NCBI GenBank assembly: GCA_964519305.1
Contig: CAZFHY010000001.1
Location: forward strand, 186,132-250,131
DNA from: Candidatus Undinarchaeota archaeon
GTDB taxonomy: Archaea > SpSt-1190 > JASMDC01
Reading direction: 5' to 3'
Length of the DNA stretch: 64,000 nucleotides
Under the pieces are notes generated by a model. That model ran no database searches and had not been told where the DNA came from. It saw only the letters and a program-made list of their open reading frames with translations. A program made the position numbers and the translations under genes. Below are positions 47,601 to 62,600 of this stretch, piece after piece (within the stretch, counting starts at the first letter, position 1; every line of letters starts with the position of its first letter).

Positions 47601-50600
47601 TGCTCGAACGCACCCGCGACCTCACTGCCGGGGACCGTACATTCGATGTGGCCCGGGTCACAACCCCGCAAGCGATCCACGATGATCTGGACGACACCGG
47701 CGACTATATCGTCGCTTGCTCTGCTCCTGGCGGGTCCGCGCTCGTAAGTGAGAGCATCAACGGGGCCACGTTCGAGGGAGGCACCGGGAACGGTGACGTG
47801 CTGTACGTCGACGTCACGGGCATCTCTGACATGTACCTTGCCGTCACGTCCTCATCCCTCTCATGTACCGGGACCAACATCATCACCGCCACAAAGCAGT
47901 CGAGCCTGTCTGGCGGCAGCGGCTACGCGTACACACCTTTGTACAAGGTCACCGGTGACGTCCCGTCCGGCCCGACCTATGCCAAGCTCTTCGCCGCAGC
48001 GAGCAAGGGATGCACCGATGTGGACGCCGACCTTCGCGGCTATGATGGGAGCATGACCACCGCTCAGAGCGCCAACGACTACGACCTCTATGTGAACAAG
48101 ACCGATTCATCCACCTTCTACGCGGTGTTCTGCGACGGCTCCAACAACAGGCTGTTCGAGGCCTCGGGACGTACTGTATCCGGGGCCACCACGATCAGCT
48201 TGGGAAAAGGTTCCGGAGAGGCTCACTCGGACCTCGAGAACGCCGGGACCGCCGACAACATCGAAGTGTTCAGTAACAGCGCCTGCACAACCGAGGTGTC
48301 GCGCCACGATACCCAGCCCGTCGAGAACGGCTCTGGAGTGGACTACACCGTGTACTTCGAGTCCACCGGAGTGACCACATTCTACCTCAAGGCGACCAAG
48401 GACGCGGGAGCGAACGCTCAGTGCGGTCTCTCCTTTACACTCACATCCCAGGCCGCCACGGTCCAGCTAGACACGAAGGCCAGCGGCGCCGTTCCCTCTA
48501 CCGTGACGAGCGTGGGCATCGACTACGGTAAGACCGGGAGCGACGACCTGGTGTCGAAGGGCTCTCTCGGTGGTTCGTACGCCCTCTACGGGGACGTCGC
48601 CCAGACATCCATCGACGTCCACGTCTACGACTCCGGTGGTGAAGTACTGGAGCGTTCCAAGAGCCTGGCCTCCGACTTCGTCCTCGATGTGGCCAAGGTC
48701 AAGAGCAGTGGTCCCATCCACGGCGACCTCGCAGACGGGAACCACTATGCGCTCGCGTGCAAGAGCCCGGGCAGCACCAAGCTCAACTCAAAGGTCGTGT
48801 CCGGCCTCAATTTCAATGACGGCAGTACGGACCTCTACTTCGAGAAGGACGGTAGCCAGGTGTTCTTCACCATCTCCACTGCTTCGGACGGCTGCCAGGT
48901 GACGGCCATCAACGGTACTACCCCGCAGAGCAGCGTGACGGGCGGCACAACCTACTATTATACCCCCAGTCGTCGGTTCTCCGGAAAGATCCCGTTGGGC
49001 CCCACCCATGTGCGGCTCTTCAGTGCCTCGGGCCAGACCTGTACTACCGGCGGCCTGAACTTCCGCGGGTACGACGGTGGGGTTTCCCACGGCACAGCCA
49101 GCGATTACACCATATATACCAATGCGACAACCTCGGAGACATTCTATGTGCTGTTCTGCGACTGGTCCAACAACATCCTTCTCGAGTCCACAGCAAAGAG
49201 CGTGCCTGACGACCTCGCCCTGAGCCTGGCCAGGGTGGGCGGTACGGTGCACACCGACCTCACGAGCAAGAACATAGTAGTATGCTCGGCCATCGGTGAT
49301 ACTGGCACACGTATCTCTTCTGCCTCTGTCACGGGTTCCCAGTTCAACGGGGGCACCTACCAGTACTATGAGCCCTCAGGATCCAGCGTATACTTCGGTG
49401 TATCGTCATCATCATCCTCGTGCGCCTCGTCCGACCTCTCCGCTGCCGTGAGCACAACCGTGGCCGCTGGCGACACAGACACGTTCACGGCCACCGACAA
49501 GGCCACTGGCGACATCACTGCCAACAATCCGACGGTGAGGCTGTTCATTAGTAATCCTGACACGAACGCATGTCAGTCGTCGGGCCAGGACTACGTATCA
49601 TCGGACACCAGCACTGACAGCTCCCAGTCCAACGCGGACTATGACGTATACGGCCACGACGGCCAGTCCTACTATATGGTGTTCTGCGAGGGCACAACCG
49701 CCCTGTACGAGTCCGCCCTCATCACCGACCTGGCCACAGCGGACATCGACATCGCAAGGGTCCATACCTCAGGCGCTAATAAGGTCCACGCTGACATCAA
49801 AGGCAGCACCTATGTGGTCGTATGCTCCGCCGTGGGCGATTCGGGTGCGAGTATCTCCACCGCAGAGCTGGCGGCATCCTCTTACGACAATGGAGGCACC
49901 AGCTACATGTACTTCGAGGTCCCCGGATCGGGCGACGTGTACTTTGCACTCTCCACATCAGGCACATCATGCGCCTCATCCAACCTCCGGGCCGGCATCA
50001 AGACGAGCACCAGCCCCGGTGCCACGGTGACCTTCGATCCGGTCGGCAAGCTCAAGGGCGACATCCCGTCCGACAATCCTTCCGTCCGCGTGTTCACCGA
50101 GGATCCCGGGAGCTCGGCCTGCCTTGCTACAGGCCAGGACTACATCGCGGCGGACACTTCCACCGATTACACCCAGAACGATGCCGATTATGCGGTCTAT
50201 GGCCAAGACGGAGACACCTATTACGTCGTGTACTGCGATGGGACCTCTAAGGGCGTCCAAGCGACCGTATCCTCCCTTGCACAGGCGGGTACTGACCTTG
50301 ACGTGGGAAAGGTGTCCGGTGACACCCATACTTCCCTTGAGACGGCGGGCGATGGTAACGATCGGGTTGATGTGTACTCGGACAGCAGCTGCACCACCAA
50401 GGTCAGCTCAGAGACGGTCCAACCGGCCGACGCCAACAATCCCGATTACTCCATCCTCTTCACGGACACCACCGCCGGGACCTATTACATCAAGACGACC
50501 GTCGTGGCGTCCGGGAAGACGTATGAGGCCTGCGGTACGCCCTTCACCCTCACTTCACAGACCAAGACTAACCACCATCTCACCGCCCGGTTGTCGGGTA

Positions 50601-53600
50601 CCGTACCCGTCGATGTCCCCCGCATCGGTCTCGACTACGATGACAACGGCGACGACACCTACACAACAACCTTCGAGGACCAGGTGTACATGCTGTTCGG
50701 CGATGCTACCGACACCCAGGTGCGTGTCCATGCATACGAGGACACAGGTGGTTCCACGGAAGTACTTGAGCGCGTCAAGAGCCTGGCCGGGGGTACGGTG
50801 GGATTCGATGTCGCCAAGGTCAGGGCTCTGGAAGCAGCCATCCACGACGACCTGGACGATTCGGGCGACCACGTGGTGGTCTGCACTGCGCCCGGTGGAT
50901 CAGCATTGGTGAGCGAGGACATCACCGGCACCTCTTTCGAGGGCGTGAGCGGTAACATCCTCTACTTCGATGCAACGAGCCTTTCCGAAGCATTCCTTGC
51001 AATATCCTCGGGGGCTCTCGACTGCACGGCCACGAACCTTGCCACCGTTACCCGGATCGCCTCTCCATCGGGTGGCAGCGGCTACCAGTACACACCACTG
51101 TACAAGGTCACCGGCGACATCCCTGCCGGGATCTCGTACGTCAAGCTGTTCTCTTCCGCAAGTCAAGCATGCACCGCGGCGAGCACCACTCTGCGCGGGT
51201 ACGACGGTGCCCTGCTCACAGGCCAGTCCGCGAACGACTACGATCTCTATGTGAACAAGACCGAAGGCACGACCCTCTACGCGGTGTTCTGCGACTCAAG
51301 TAACGCCCGGCTCTTCGAAGCATCAGGCCGGACAGTGTCCGGTAACCTGGCCCTCCATATCGGTAAGATCTCTGGTGAGGCCCATTCCGACCTCGAGAAC
51401 GCCGGGACCGCCGACAACGTCGAAGTGTTCACTGGCGCCACGTGCACATCCGAGGTGTCGCGCCACGATACACAGCCGGCCGAGAACGGTTCTGGTGTGG
51501 ACTATACCGCATGGTTCGAGTCCACAGGCGCCTCCACCTTCTACGTCAAGATCACCAAGGACGCCGGGGCGAACGTCCAGTGCGGTCACTCGCTCAGCCT
51601 TACATCTCAGGCAGCTACGGTCCCGCTCCACGGAAAGGCCGCCGGTTCGGTCCACGCTGATATCCTGAAGATGGGTCTTGACCACAACAGGGACGGGACC
51701 GACGAGGTCCGGACATCCTCAACGCTAAGCGGTTCCTACGCAATCTATGGTGATGGTGGCGACAGCGAAGTGGATATCCACGCCTACCTTACCGGCGATG
51801 CGGAGTCCCTGGAGCGCCTCAAGGACCTCACGAGCGCTGTCACCCTGGACATCTCCAAGGTCACCGCCGAGGCGCATAAGCATCTCGATGACGATGGCAG
51901 CGTCCAGGTATATGCCACATCCACCTGTACCGAAGCCCGGTCCACCGCCACGGACGTAAGCGATTCCGGAGGTGCTGATGTCACCGTGTACTTCGATGCT
52001 ACTGGCGCGTCCACCTTCTATCTCAAGGCCGCCACATCCACGAACAGCACGTGCGGAAACGCGATCACCCCCGACGGGAATCGAGTGGCCACCGCCGACC
52101 TGACCGGTGCCATCACGGGCACCGTGCACACAGACATCACTACGGTCTCAGCGGACCTTGATGAGGCAGGCGGTGCAGAAGCGTCCACATCCGTCGTGAG
52201 CGGCGGGTATGCGCTCTACACCGACGGCAGCGACACGAGCCTCACAGTATCCTTCGACACGACGGGTGGAGCTGTGCTCTCCCGCTCGGGCAAGAACCTT
52301 GCGGGAGCTGCGGGCAAGAACCTGGACGTTGACGCAGGCCGGCTCACCGGTGACGTGCATGCTGATCTGCGCACCGGCGGGAACGACGTCGTCGAGGTGT
52401 ACGACGATGGTGCCTGCGCATCCAAGGTCAGCTCCGCGACGGTCAATCCGACCGCTGCGACACCTGACTACACCATCTACTTCGAGGACACCGGCAGTAA
52501 CTTCTACATCAAGACGTCGGTGGACAGTACCTACGTCCAGTGCGGCCACCAGTTCACGCTCACATCCCAGGCAAAGGTCGTCGACCTGACTGCGCGAGTA
52601 GCGGGCACGGTGCCTAGTGCCATTAAGCGTATCGGCCTCGACCAGAGCAGGGATGGCAACGATGAGGCCTGGACCACGACCTTCTCGAGCGGTGGCTACA
52701 AGCTCTTCGGCGATGCTGCGGACACCGCGGTGGACGTGCACGCGTTCGAGGACACGTCAGGCTCCACCGAAGTGCTCGAGCGCACCCGCGACCTCTCGGG
52801 TGTTAGCGTATCGTTCGACATCGTGTCGATCGCGGCAGGCGGTGCCCTCCATGATGATCTGGACGATACCAGTGACCATGTGGTCGCTTGCTCTCTGCCC
52901 GGTGGCTCGGCTCTGACGAGCGAGGACATCACAGGTACTGCATACGAGGGCGGTGATACGCTCTATGTGGACACATCTGGTGTGACGGATATCTATCTCA
53001 CCGTGACGGATTCATCACACAGCTGTACTTCCAGCGACCTTGTGACTGTCACCAAGCAGTCCTCCGTGACCGCGGGAGGGACCTACGGGTACAGGCCGCT
53101 GTACAAGGTGACCGGCGATATCCCCTCTTCGATCAACGGTGCCCGCCTGTTCACCGCTAGCGGTAAGGGATGCTCGGACGTTGATGGTACGTTCGCCGGA
53201 TACGACGGAGCAATCAACTCAGGCCTGTCCGCCAACGACTACGACCTCTACGTGAACGCCACCGATAGTGACACGTTCTATGTGGTGTACTGCACGGGAT
53301 CAACACGGGTTCTGCAGAGCACGTCACAATCATCCATCTCAAGCAACGTTGCCGTCTCCGTGGCCCGGATATCTTCAGGGGGCGCTGACAAGGTCTCGAA
53401 CGACCTCAACGCTGCCAATGTGCTCGTCTGCACCGCTCCCGGCGGTACCCGGCTATCCAGCGAGACCGTGACCGGTTCGTCATTCGATGGCGGCTCGACC
53501 TATCAGCACTTCGAGACCTCGGGCGAGACGGCCTATGCGGTCCTGTCCTCGTCCACTACGTCCTGTGCATCGGCCGACCTCCAGTCGGGTGTCAAGCTCA

Positions 53601-56600
53601 CCTCAATCGCCGGTGGCGGCAGCTACACGTTCTCACCCAGCGTGTTCCAGAGCGGGGACATCCCCAACGACAATCCTACCGTCCGGCTCTTCATTGATGA
53701 CCCGGGCACCGGCGCATGCGGTGGAGGTCAGGCGTACGTGTCCTCCGATACGTCCACTGACAGTGGACAGAGCAGCGATGACTACAAGGTCTACGGCCAG
53801 GACGGAGCCACCTATTACGTCGTGTTCTGCAACGGTACCGACCGCGTTCTCGAAGCCTCCACTAGCAACATAGGGGCTGCCGATATCGACGTTGGTCGGC
53901 TCCAGGGCGAAGTGCACGCCGACCTGCGCACTGGTGGCAACGATGTCATCGAGGTGCACGACGCATCCTCCTGCGCATCCGCGGTGAGCACTGAGACCGT
54001 CAATCCGGCTGCCGGTACTCCGGACTATCTCATCTGGTTCAAGGACACCGGAGGATCGTTCTATATCAAGACGTCTATGGATAGCACCTACGTCCAGTGC
54101 GGACACCAGTTCAGCCTGTCGGCCCAAGCCAAGGTCCAGGACCTCACCGGTTCGACAGCCGGATCGGTCCACTCGGACGTGCTCCGCATGGGCCTCGACT
54201 ATGATACCAACGGGGACGACACCTGGACCACGACCTTCTCCTCCGGCGCCTACAAGCTCTTCGGAGATGCTGATGACACGACTGTCCAGGTACATGCCTT
54301 CACGGACACTAGCGGTTCCACTGAAGTGCTCGAGCGCAGTAAGTCGCTAGCCTCTGACGTCACGCTCAATGTCGGCAGGCTCACCGGTGATACGCACGGG
54401 GACCTCGAGACAGGTGGGAACGACGTCGTAGAGGTCCACGATGCATCGACATGCGCGTCCGCTGTCAGTTCGGCGACAGTCAACCCCTCTGATGCTGCGA
54501 ATCCCGACTATACCATCTTCTTCGAGGATGCGGGAGGAACGCTATACATCAAGACGTCCGTGGATAGCACCTACGTCCAGTGCGGACATGCCTTCACCAC
54601 GACCAGCCGCGCCAAGGTACAGCCTCTCACCACTCGTATCGATGGTACCGTCCACACAGATGTTCTGCGCATGGGCCTCGACTACGCCGCCGACGGCGAC
54701 GACTCTTGGACCACCACCTTCTCATCCGGCGCCTACAAGCTCTTCGGCGACGCTGCGGACACGTCAGTTCAGGTCCACGCCTTCACTGACACCAGCGGTT
54801 CTACAGAAGTGCTTGAGCGCAGTAAGTCGCTCGCATCTGACGTCACGCTCAATGTCGGCAGGCTCACCGGTGATACGCACGGGGACCTCGAGACAGGTGG
54901 GAACGATGTCGTAGAGGTCCACGATGCATCGACATGCGCGTCCGCTGTCAGTTCTGCGACGGTCAATCCCTCTGATGCTGCGAATCCCGATTACACTATC
55001 TTCTTTGAGGACGCGGGAGGAACGCTATACATCAAGACGTCCGTGGACAGCACATACGTCCAGTGCGGACATGCCTTCACCACGACCAGCCGTGCCAAGG
55101 TCCAGCCTCTTACTGCCAAGGTCTCCGGTACGGTACACACGGACGTGCTCCGCATGGGCCTCGATTACGCTACGGACGGGGACGACACGTGGACCACGAC
55201 GTTCTCTTCGAGCGCTTACCGCCTATTCGGTGACGCTACGGACACAACTGTTCAGGTCCACGCCTACACGGACACCAGTGGTTCTACAGAGGTGCTCGAG
55301 CGGGGTAAGTCACTCGCCTCCGATGTGACCTTTAATGTCGGACGACTCACAGGTGACGCGCACTCCGACCTCGAGACAGGCGGGAACGACATCGTAGAGG
55401 TCCATGATGCCTCGAACTGCGCGTCCGCTGTGAGCTCCACGACCGTCAATCCATCCGATGCTGCGAATCCCGACTATACCATCTTCTTCGAGGACGCGGG
55501 AGGAACGTTATACATCAAGACGTCCGTGGACAGCACCTACGTCCAGTGCGGACATGCCTTCACCACCTCCAGCCGCGCCAAGGTCCAGCCTCTCACCGCC
55601 CTGATCGCGGGTACTGTCCCGTCAGATATCAAACGCATCGGCCTCGACTACGCTACTGACGGCGATGATGCCTGGACCACCAGCTTCTCATCGAGCGCCT
55701 ACAAGCTCTTCGGTGATGCTGCGGACACGTCCGTCCTCACACATGCATTTGAGGACACGGGCGGTGCGACCGAGGTGCTCGAGCGGTCGAAGAGCCTCGC
55801 TGGTGTCAACGTTCCGTTCGATATCGTATCGGTCCGTGCGCTAGAGGACGCCATCCACGTCGACCTCGATGACACTGCCCATCATATCGTTGCGTGCTCA
55901 GCACCCGGCGGTACGGCGTTGGTGAGCGAGGACATCACCGGACAGGCCTTCGAGGGAGTCACCATCGGCGACCGCCTCTACATCGATATGTCCGGTCTCT
56001 CCCAGCTCTACCTTGGTGTGTCCACGACGGCCCTCGACTGCACTGCGACCAAGCTCAACACCACGACCCTCCTCACCGGTCTCCAAGCAGGCAGCAGCTA
56101 CCAGTACACGCCCATCCACAAGGTCTCCGGTGACATCCCGGCCGGCGTTTCGTACGTCAAGCTCTTCACCTTGACATCACAGGCGTGCACCGCGGCAGGC
56201 ACCTCGCTCCGCGGGTATGACGGACTTCCGGACGCCAGCCCGTCCGCCAACGACTACGACCTCTATGTCAACAGGACCGAGGCCCAGTCGGTCTATATCG
56301 TGTTCTGTGATGGTTCGAACGCCCGGCTCTTCGAGACAACGGCCAAGAGCGGGATAACGGGCGACCTCGCCGTCCATCTGGGCAAGGCGTCCGGTGAGGC
56401 CCACAGCGACCTGGAGAACGCCGGGACCGCTGACAACGTCGAGGTGTTCTCCGACAACACGTGCACGACGGAAGTATCTCGCCACGACGTCCAGCCTGCA
56501 GTATCCGCTGGTGTCGATTACACGGTCTGGTTCGAGTCCACCGGTACGACCGCTTTCTATCTCGAGGTCACCAAGGACGCTGCGGCCACCCAGTGCGGCC

Positions 56601-59600
56601 ACGGATTCACCCTTTCCTCGCAGGAGGCCACCGTAGAGCTCGATGGCAAGGCCAGTGGGACCGTGCACTCGGACATCACAAAGGTCGGGCTCGATTACGG
56701 TAAGGACGGTACGGATAATGTTTGGACCACGTCCACCCTTAGCGGTACCTATGCCGTGTATGGGGACGCTGACTACAGCTCACTCCACGTTCATGCCTAC
56801 ATCACCGGTAATGTCGAGGTGCTCGAGCGCGAGAAGAGCATCACATCCGACGCGGTCATGAACATAGCCCGTATCGCCTCCGGTGGTTCGGGGAGCGTAC
56901 ATGATGATCTCGACACTGCCAAGGTAATCGTATGCACGGCCCCCGACGGGAGCGTGCTCTCCACCCGCGATGTCGCGGGATCACAGTACGACGCCGGGAC
57001 CGCTCACCAGTACTTCGAGGTGACCCAGGCCACCGCCTACGCGCTGGTCTCCTCGAGCACGACATCGTGCACATCAGCCGATCTGCGAGCAGGGATCAAG
57101 CTCACAGGTCTGGCGGGCGGGCAGGCCCTGGTGTTCTCGCCAGCCGTCAAGGGGTCGGGCGACCTCCCTGACGACGAACCGACCGTCAGGCTGTTCCTTG
57201 ACGATCCAGGTACGGGCGCCTGCGGTACGGGTCAGGTGTACGTCTCGTCCGACACAGACACCAACAGTTCGAAATCCGACGCCGACTACGACGTATACGG
57301 ACAGAACGGGATAACCTATTACCTCGTGTTCTGCAACGGCACCAACAGAATCCTCGAGAGGTCCACGAGCGCGCTAGGTTCAGCAGATATCGACGTGGGC
57401 AGGCTCCAGGGCGAGGTGCACGTTGACCTGCGTAACGGTGGGAACGACGTCATCGAGGTCCACTCGGCCAACACATGCGCTAGCGCAGTGAGCACCGAGA
57501 CGGTCAATCCGGCAGCCGGTACTCCGGACTATATCATCTGGTTCGAGGACTCCGGCAGCACTCTCTATATCAAGACCTCTGTGGACGCGGATACATATGT
57601 CCAGTGCGGCCATGCATTCACCACCACGTCACAGGCAAAGGTCCAGGACCTTGAGACACGTCTAGCCGGTACGGTCCATGCAGATGTCAAGCGCATGGGG
57701 CTAGACTATGATAGCAACGGCGACGACACTTGGACGACCACCATTCCCTCCTCGCAGTACCGCCTCTATGGCGACAAGACCGATGCTTCCATCCTCGCCC
57801 ACGCCTATGAGAACACCGGTGGGACGACCGAGTTGCTCGAGCGTACCAAGGCACTGAACGCAGGCGATATCGTCCTAGATATATCCCGTATCACCGGAGC
57901 CGTACACACTGATCTTGGAGGGGCTCAGGACAAGGTCCGCGTCTATTCAGACGGCGACTGCACTCAGGAGCTGTCCTCGGGCACGTCGTCCTACCATTAC
58001 TCGAGCGGCACCTATCGTACGTTCTTCGAGCACACGACCACCTCCGGCTATTACTCTCTGGACGCCCAGGACGCCGACACGGGGAACGTCACTCGCGGCC
58101 TACGGGTCGCTGCATCCTCGGTCCCCGCCTCGAACGTGGACCTCAACATCAAGCTCTCTGGTGTCGTGCCCGATGCTGTCCGCACCGTTGCCGTCGACCT
58201 CGCCGGTGACGGCGTAACCGCGTCCGGTGGCGATCCGTGGGCAGTGCTGGTCAAGGGCGCCTACCGCCTCTACGGCCCCGCCGACGCTACGACCCAAGTG
58301 AGGATGTGGGCCGAGTCGAGCCCCCAGTCCACCGCGCCGCTGCTCCAGCGCGCCCGGAAGCTCTCATCCGACGCCGTCCTGAACGTCACGACCATCACCG
58401 GTAACGTCCACAGCGAGCTCAAGAACAACACTGACGTGGTCAAGGTGCACGCATCATCCGCTTACGACAGCGAGCTCACCAACGGGACCGGCTCCTACCA
58501 TGTGTCGGGCAGCACCTACACGGTATACCTCGAGGACGTCCACGCCAGCGGCTACTACTACCTCGATGTCCTCGATGCCAACAGCAACAACAGAACCCGC
58601 GGTATCCGCGTGGCGGTCGACGGCACCACCGATGGCGCCGAGGCTACAGGGATCGACCTGGATGTGCGCCTGGCCGGTGTCGTCCCCGCTGCCTTCCCCT
58701 CGGTGGCCCTCGACCTCGCCAAGGACGGCTTCACCCAAACATCCGGTGATCCCTGGACTCCCGATGCCAAGAGCTCGTACATGATCTTCTTCGGCGGGGA
58801 CACCGATGCGTACGTCCAGCTCTACACGACAGCAACGCCGCCCGGAGGGACACCCCCCCGGCTAACTCGCTCCATCGCTAAGGACACTATCTTCAACGTC
58901 ACTGCCGTCACCGGTACGCTCCACGCTGATCTGGTGTCCTCCGCATCCGACGAGACCCTGGCCGTGTACGGTGGCAGCGACTACGAGCACCGGCTGTCGG
59001 CCGGCAAGGACACCGTCCAGATGACCGGTAGCAATTACAAGGTGTACTTTGACGACGTCCACGCCAGTGGTCAGTATTATCTACAAGTGAACGACAGCAA
59101 GGGCAACGTCACCCGAGGCAGCCGGTTCGTTCCCGACGGCGCGCTGGACGGGCTCGAGAAGACCGGGCTCGACATAACCGCAAAGTTGTTCGGTGTCGTG
59201 CCGCCTGATGTCAAGACCGTGTCTGTCGACATGGCTGGAGACGGGACCGGCCCCGGCGATGCGTATGTGAACATCTCCGATACGACCGCCCCCATGACCT
59301 ACGCTGTCTACCTGCCCGGGACAGCCTGGAGCGTGGTGCACGCACACACCGGCAGCCATACCTCCGCACCCGTGCTGAACCGTACCCGCGCGCTACCTGC
59401 CAACAGCAACGCTGAGCTCAACGTCACGCGGATCACCGGGAAGATGCACGCGGACCTCATCCACGACAATGACACGATCACGGCATGGGGCGACGCTAAC
59501 TACACGGTGGAGTACACCAATGGAACGACCTCGTACGTGCCCGTGAACGGGACAGCGCCCACCTACACAACCTATATCGAGGACGTCCTGGCAAGTGGCT

Positions 59601-62600
59601 ACTACTATCTCCAGGTATATGAGGGAGCTACTAAGGACGCGACGAAGGGTCTGCGCGTGGTCCCCGATGGAGTTGTAGATGGTATCGAGAAGGAGAACTT
59701 CGACATAACCGTTCGAATAAAGGGTACCGTGCCCGACGACGTCACCCTCATCGAGACGAACACGTCCTCCTCGTCAGGCGATCCCTACGTGGCGAACGTG
59801 TCACGCTCCTACCACGCCTATATCCCTGCATCCCAGGACAATTCGACGATCTTCTTCATCAACAGCTCCAAGCTGAAGGAGGGAAAGGCGCTCGCCATTA
59901 TCCACAACACCACGAAGGTACTCGACCGCGACCAGTCTGTGAGCCTGGCCCTCATCCATGGCGAGGCGCACCCGCTCCTCGAGACCGGGAACACCAAGGC
60001 GTTCCTCTCGCTCAAGTCGGACTGCTCTGAGCGTCTCAGCACATCGAAAGAGACGACCATCTCGGACCGCTCGACCCGGTCGGACGTGGAGTTGTTCTAC
60101 GAGTTCGAGGCGACTCCTGTGTATGTGTGCATCAACGCCCCGGTCACCGGCGGGAGCCTCTCAATCATCCGCCGGGCGAATATCACCGAGGGCGAGATCA
60201 TGTGGCAGAACTTCGATGTGTTCGTGAACGGCACAGTGCTTGACGAGACCGTCAACGGCACCGTGCTAGCGGGACTTGACCTCGCGGCTTCATGGGATAA
60301 GGACACGGCGGATGCCTTGTCCTGGGAGACCAAGGTCAACCTCATCGGAACCACATTCCGCACGTTCCTCGATGGCAACGATACCGAGCACCGAGTGAAG
60401 GTTCTCCGCGCCGACGGCCGCCCGCGCATCCTGCTAAGGAGCGGGGCAGCTCAGAGCATCGAGGTGGTCGAGAACACGACATCGTTTACGAGCACACGCC
60501 TTGCCACCGATGAACCGAGCCTCAACTGGACCAAGCGCTTCCACATGTCCAACCACGGGAGCGCAGGTGTCTCCATGAACCTCACCTACGCCCCCGACCA
60601 GACCTCCAAGGACACGGCTGCGGTTTCGCTGGGGGCCCGGACGATGTCGACCCTCCAATACAATTACACAACTCCCACCCCGCGCATCGACTCAACCGCG
60701 CTAAAGATCACGCGCAAGGCCGACGGGTCCGGCGAGCACTGGGAACAGACCCACGATCTGGTGTTCCTCAATTCCCAGGAGTTCACGACCAAGCACCTGA
60801 CGGGCATCATCATGCAGGTGTGGAACGACCACCGGACCAGCTACATCGACGACGCGTGGGAGCGCAATACAACGGCCACGTCGGGTGAAACATCGATCAA
60901 GGATAACACGCTCTATGCGCTACGGATGGTACCTCACGAGTACAAGGACGAGTACGCCTACGTCGAGTGGAATGTGCCGGTCATAAGGGAGTACCCGTCC
61001 ATGCGCTATCGGGTCAAGGGATACGCCCCCTATCCTGGTTCCGTCGGTGTCGGCAGCGGCGGCAGCAGTTCGTCCACGGGCGGTGCGACTTCCAGCGGCG
61101 GTACGACCACCAGCAGCGGTGGTGGGGCCACTGGCGGTTATGTCATGGACGCCACCTTCGACATCACGTGTAACGGAGGTTCAGTCCTTTCAGCGACATC
61201 GGGCAGTTCGGCCAAACTCACGTGCAACTTCACCGAGCTGGAAGGCTCCGTAGAGGCCCTTGACGTCAGTGTGAGCGTATCAGGGACGAGTATTCGCCCC
61301 GATCCGCAGACATTCTTGCTCCCGGCCCTGGCCCACTGGATCTACAAGGACGAAGCGCAGACGCTCAAGGACCACGTCGAGTACTCACGGCTCAAGGACA
61401 TCATAATGACCACAGATATCGTGTGCGCTACAACGGACGTCAATATACAGGTCCGGGGTGTGTTCGAACGTGAGGACGAGAAGAGCTTCGTGAACGAAAC
61501 CACCGTCACCATCCGCCTCCTGCGCGACGACGAGGCCTGCCCAATCTGCGGCGACAAGCTTTGCGAGGGCGGAGAGACCAGCGCCACATGTCCCGGGGAT
61601 TGCCCGCTCGATCTCAGCGGCTGCGGGGACAACAACTGCGCGGGTGACGAGGACGCCGATAACTGCCCCGGCGATTGCACGAAGTGCGGTGACGGCAAGT
61701 GCACCGGTAATGAGACCAGCGCGACCTGCTGCACCGACTGCGCCTGCGCGGCCGGCACCTCCTGCGATCCGGCCCAGCTCCTGTGCCTCCCCGACACCGT
61801 GTGCGGTGACAACAAGTGCGAGGAGGGTGAGGACCTAGCAGGATGTCCCGAGGACTGCTCGGTATGCGGTGACAAACAGTGTACAGGTGACGAGACAACG
61901 GCCACCTGCTGTGCCGACTGCGGATGCCCCGACGGCTTCGCCTGCGACCTCATCTGCCTGCCCGTTTCCATCTGCGGTGATGGTACTTGTGACATAGACG
62001 AGACGACGGCCACTTGCGAGAAGGACTGTGCCGTTTGCGGCGATGGTGAGTGCTCCGGAGACGAGAACCAGACATCATGCTGTGCCGACTGCGGGTGCCC
62101 TGATGATGGTGTGTGCAACCGCGTGCTCTCCATTTGCCAGATCTCGACCTGCGGCGACAACAAATGCGAAGGCGGCGAGGTACTCACCTGCCCATCGGAC
62201 TGCGCCACCTGCGGCGACGGTACCTGCGCTCCGGACGAGACCTGTTGTTCCGACTGCGGCTGCTTCGGTGAGGAGGAGTGCGACACGATCACCCAGCAGT
62301 GCGTTGTTGTGGGAAAGGAGGTCAGCCGCTCCTTCGATTATCAGGATGAGAAAGAAGAGGAAGTGGGTACCGGGACAGGTACTGGCGATGTTTCCGGCTC
62401 GGGGACCGGCACGGCTACTGGCACGGGCGATGTGTCCGGCACAGGCTCCGGGACCGGTGCGGAACCGTCCGCAGCCACCAAGCGCAAGGAGGAACGCAAG
62501 CGCACGGTCTCGAGTATTGCCGCGCTGGTCACCAAGTCGAGGATGGCCACATCTGGTACATCCGGTGGTACTTCCTCCAGCTCGGTCGTTGCGGCAAAGC

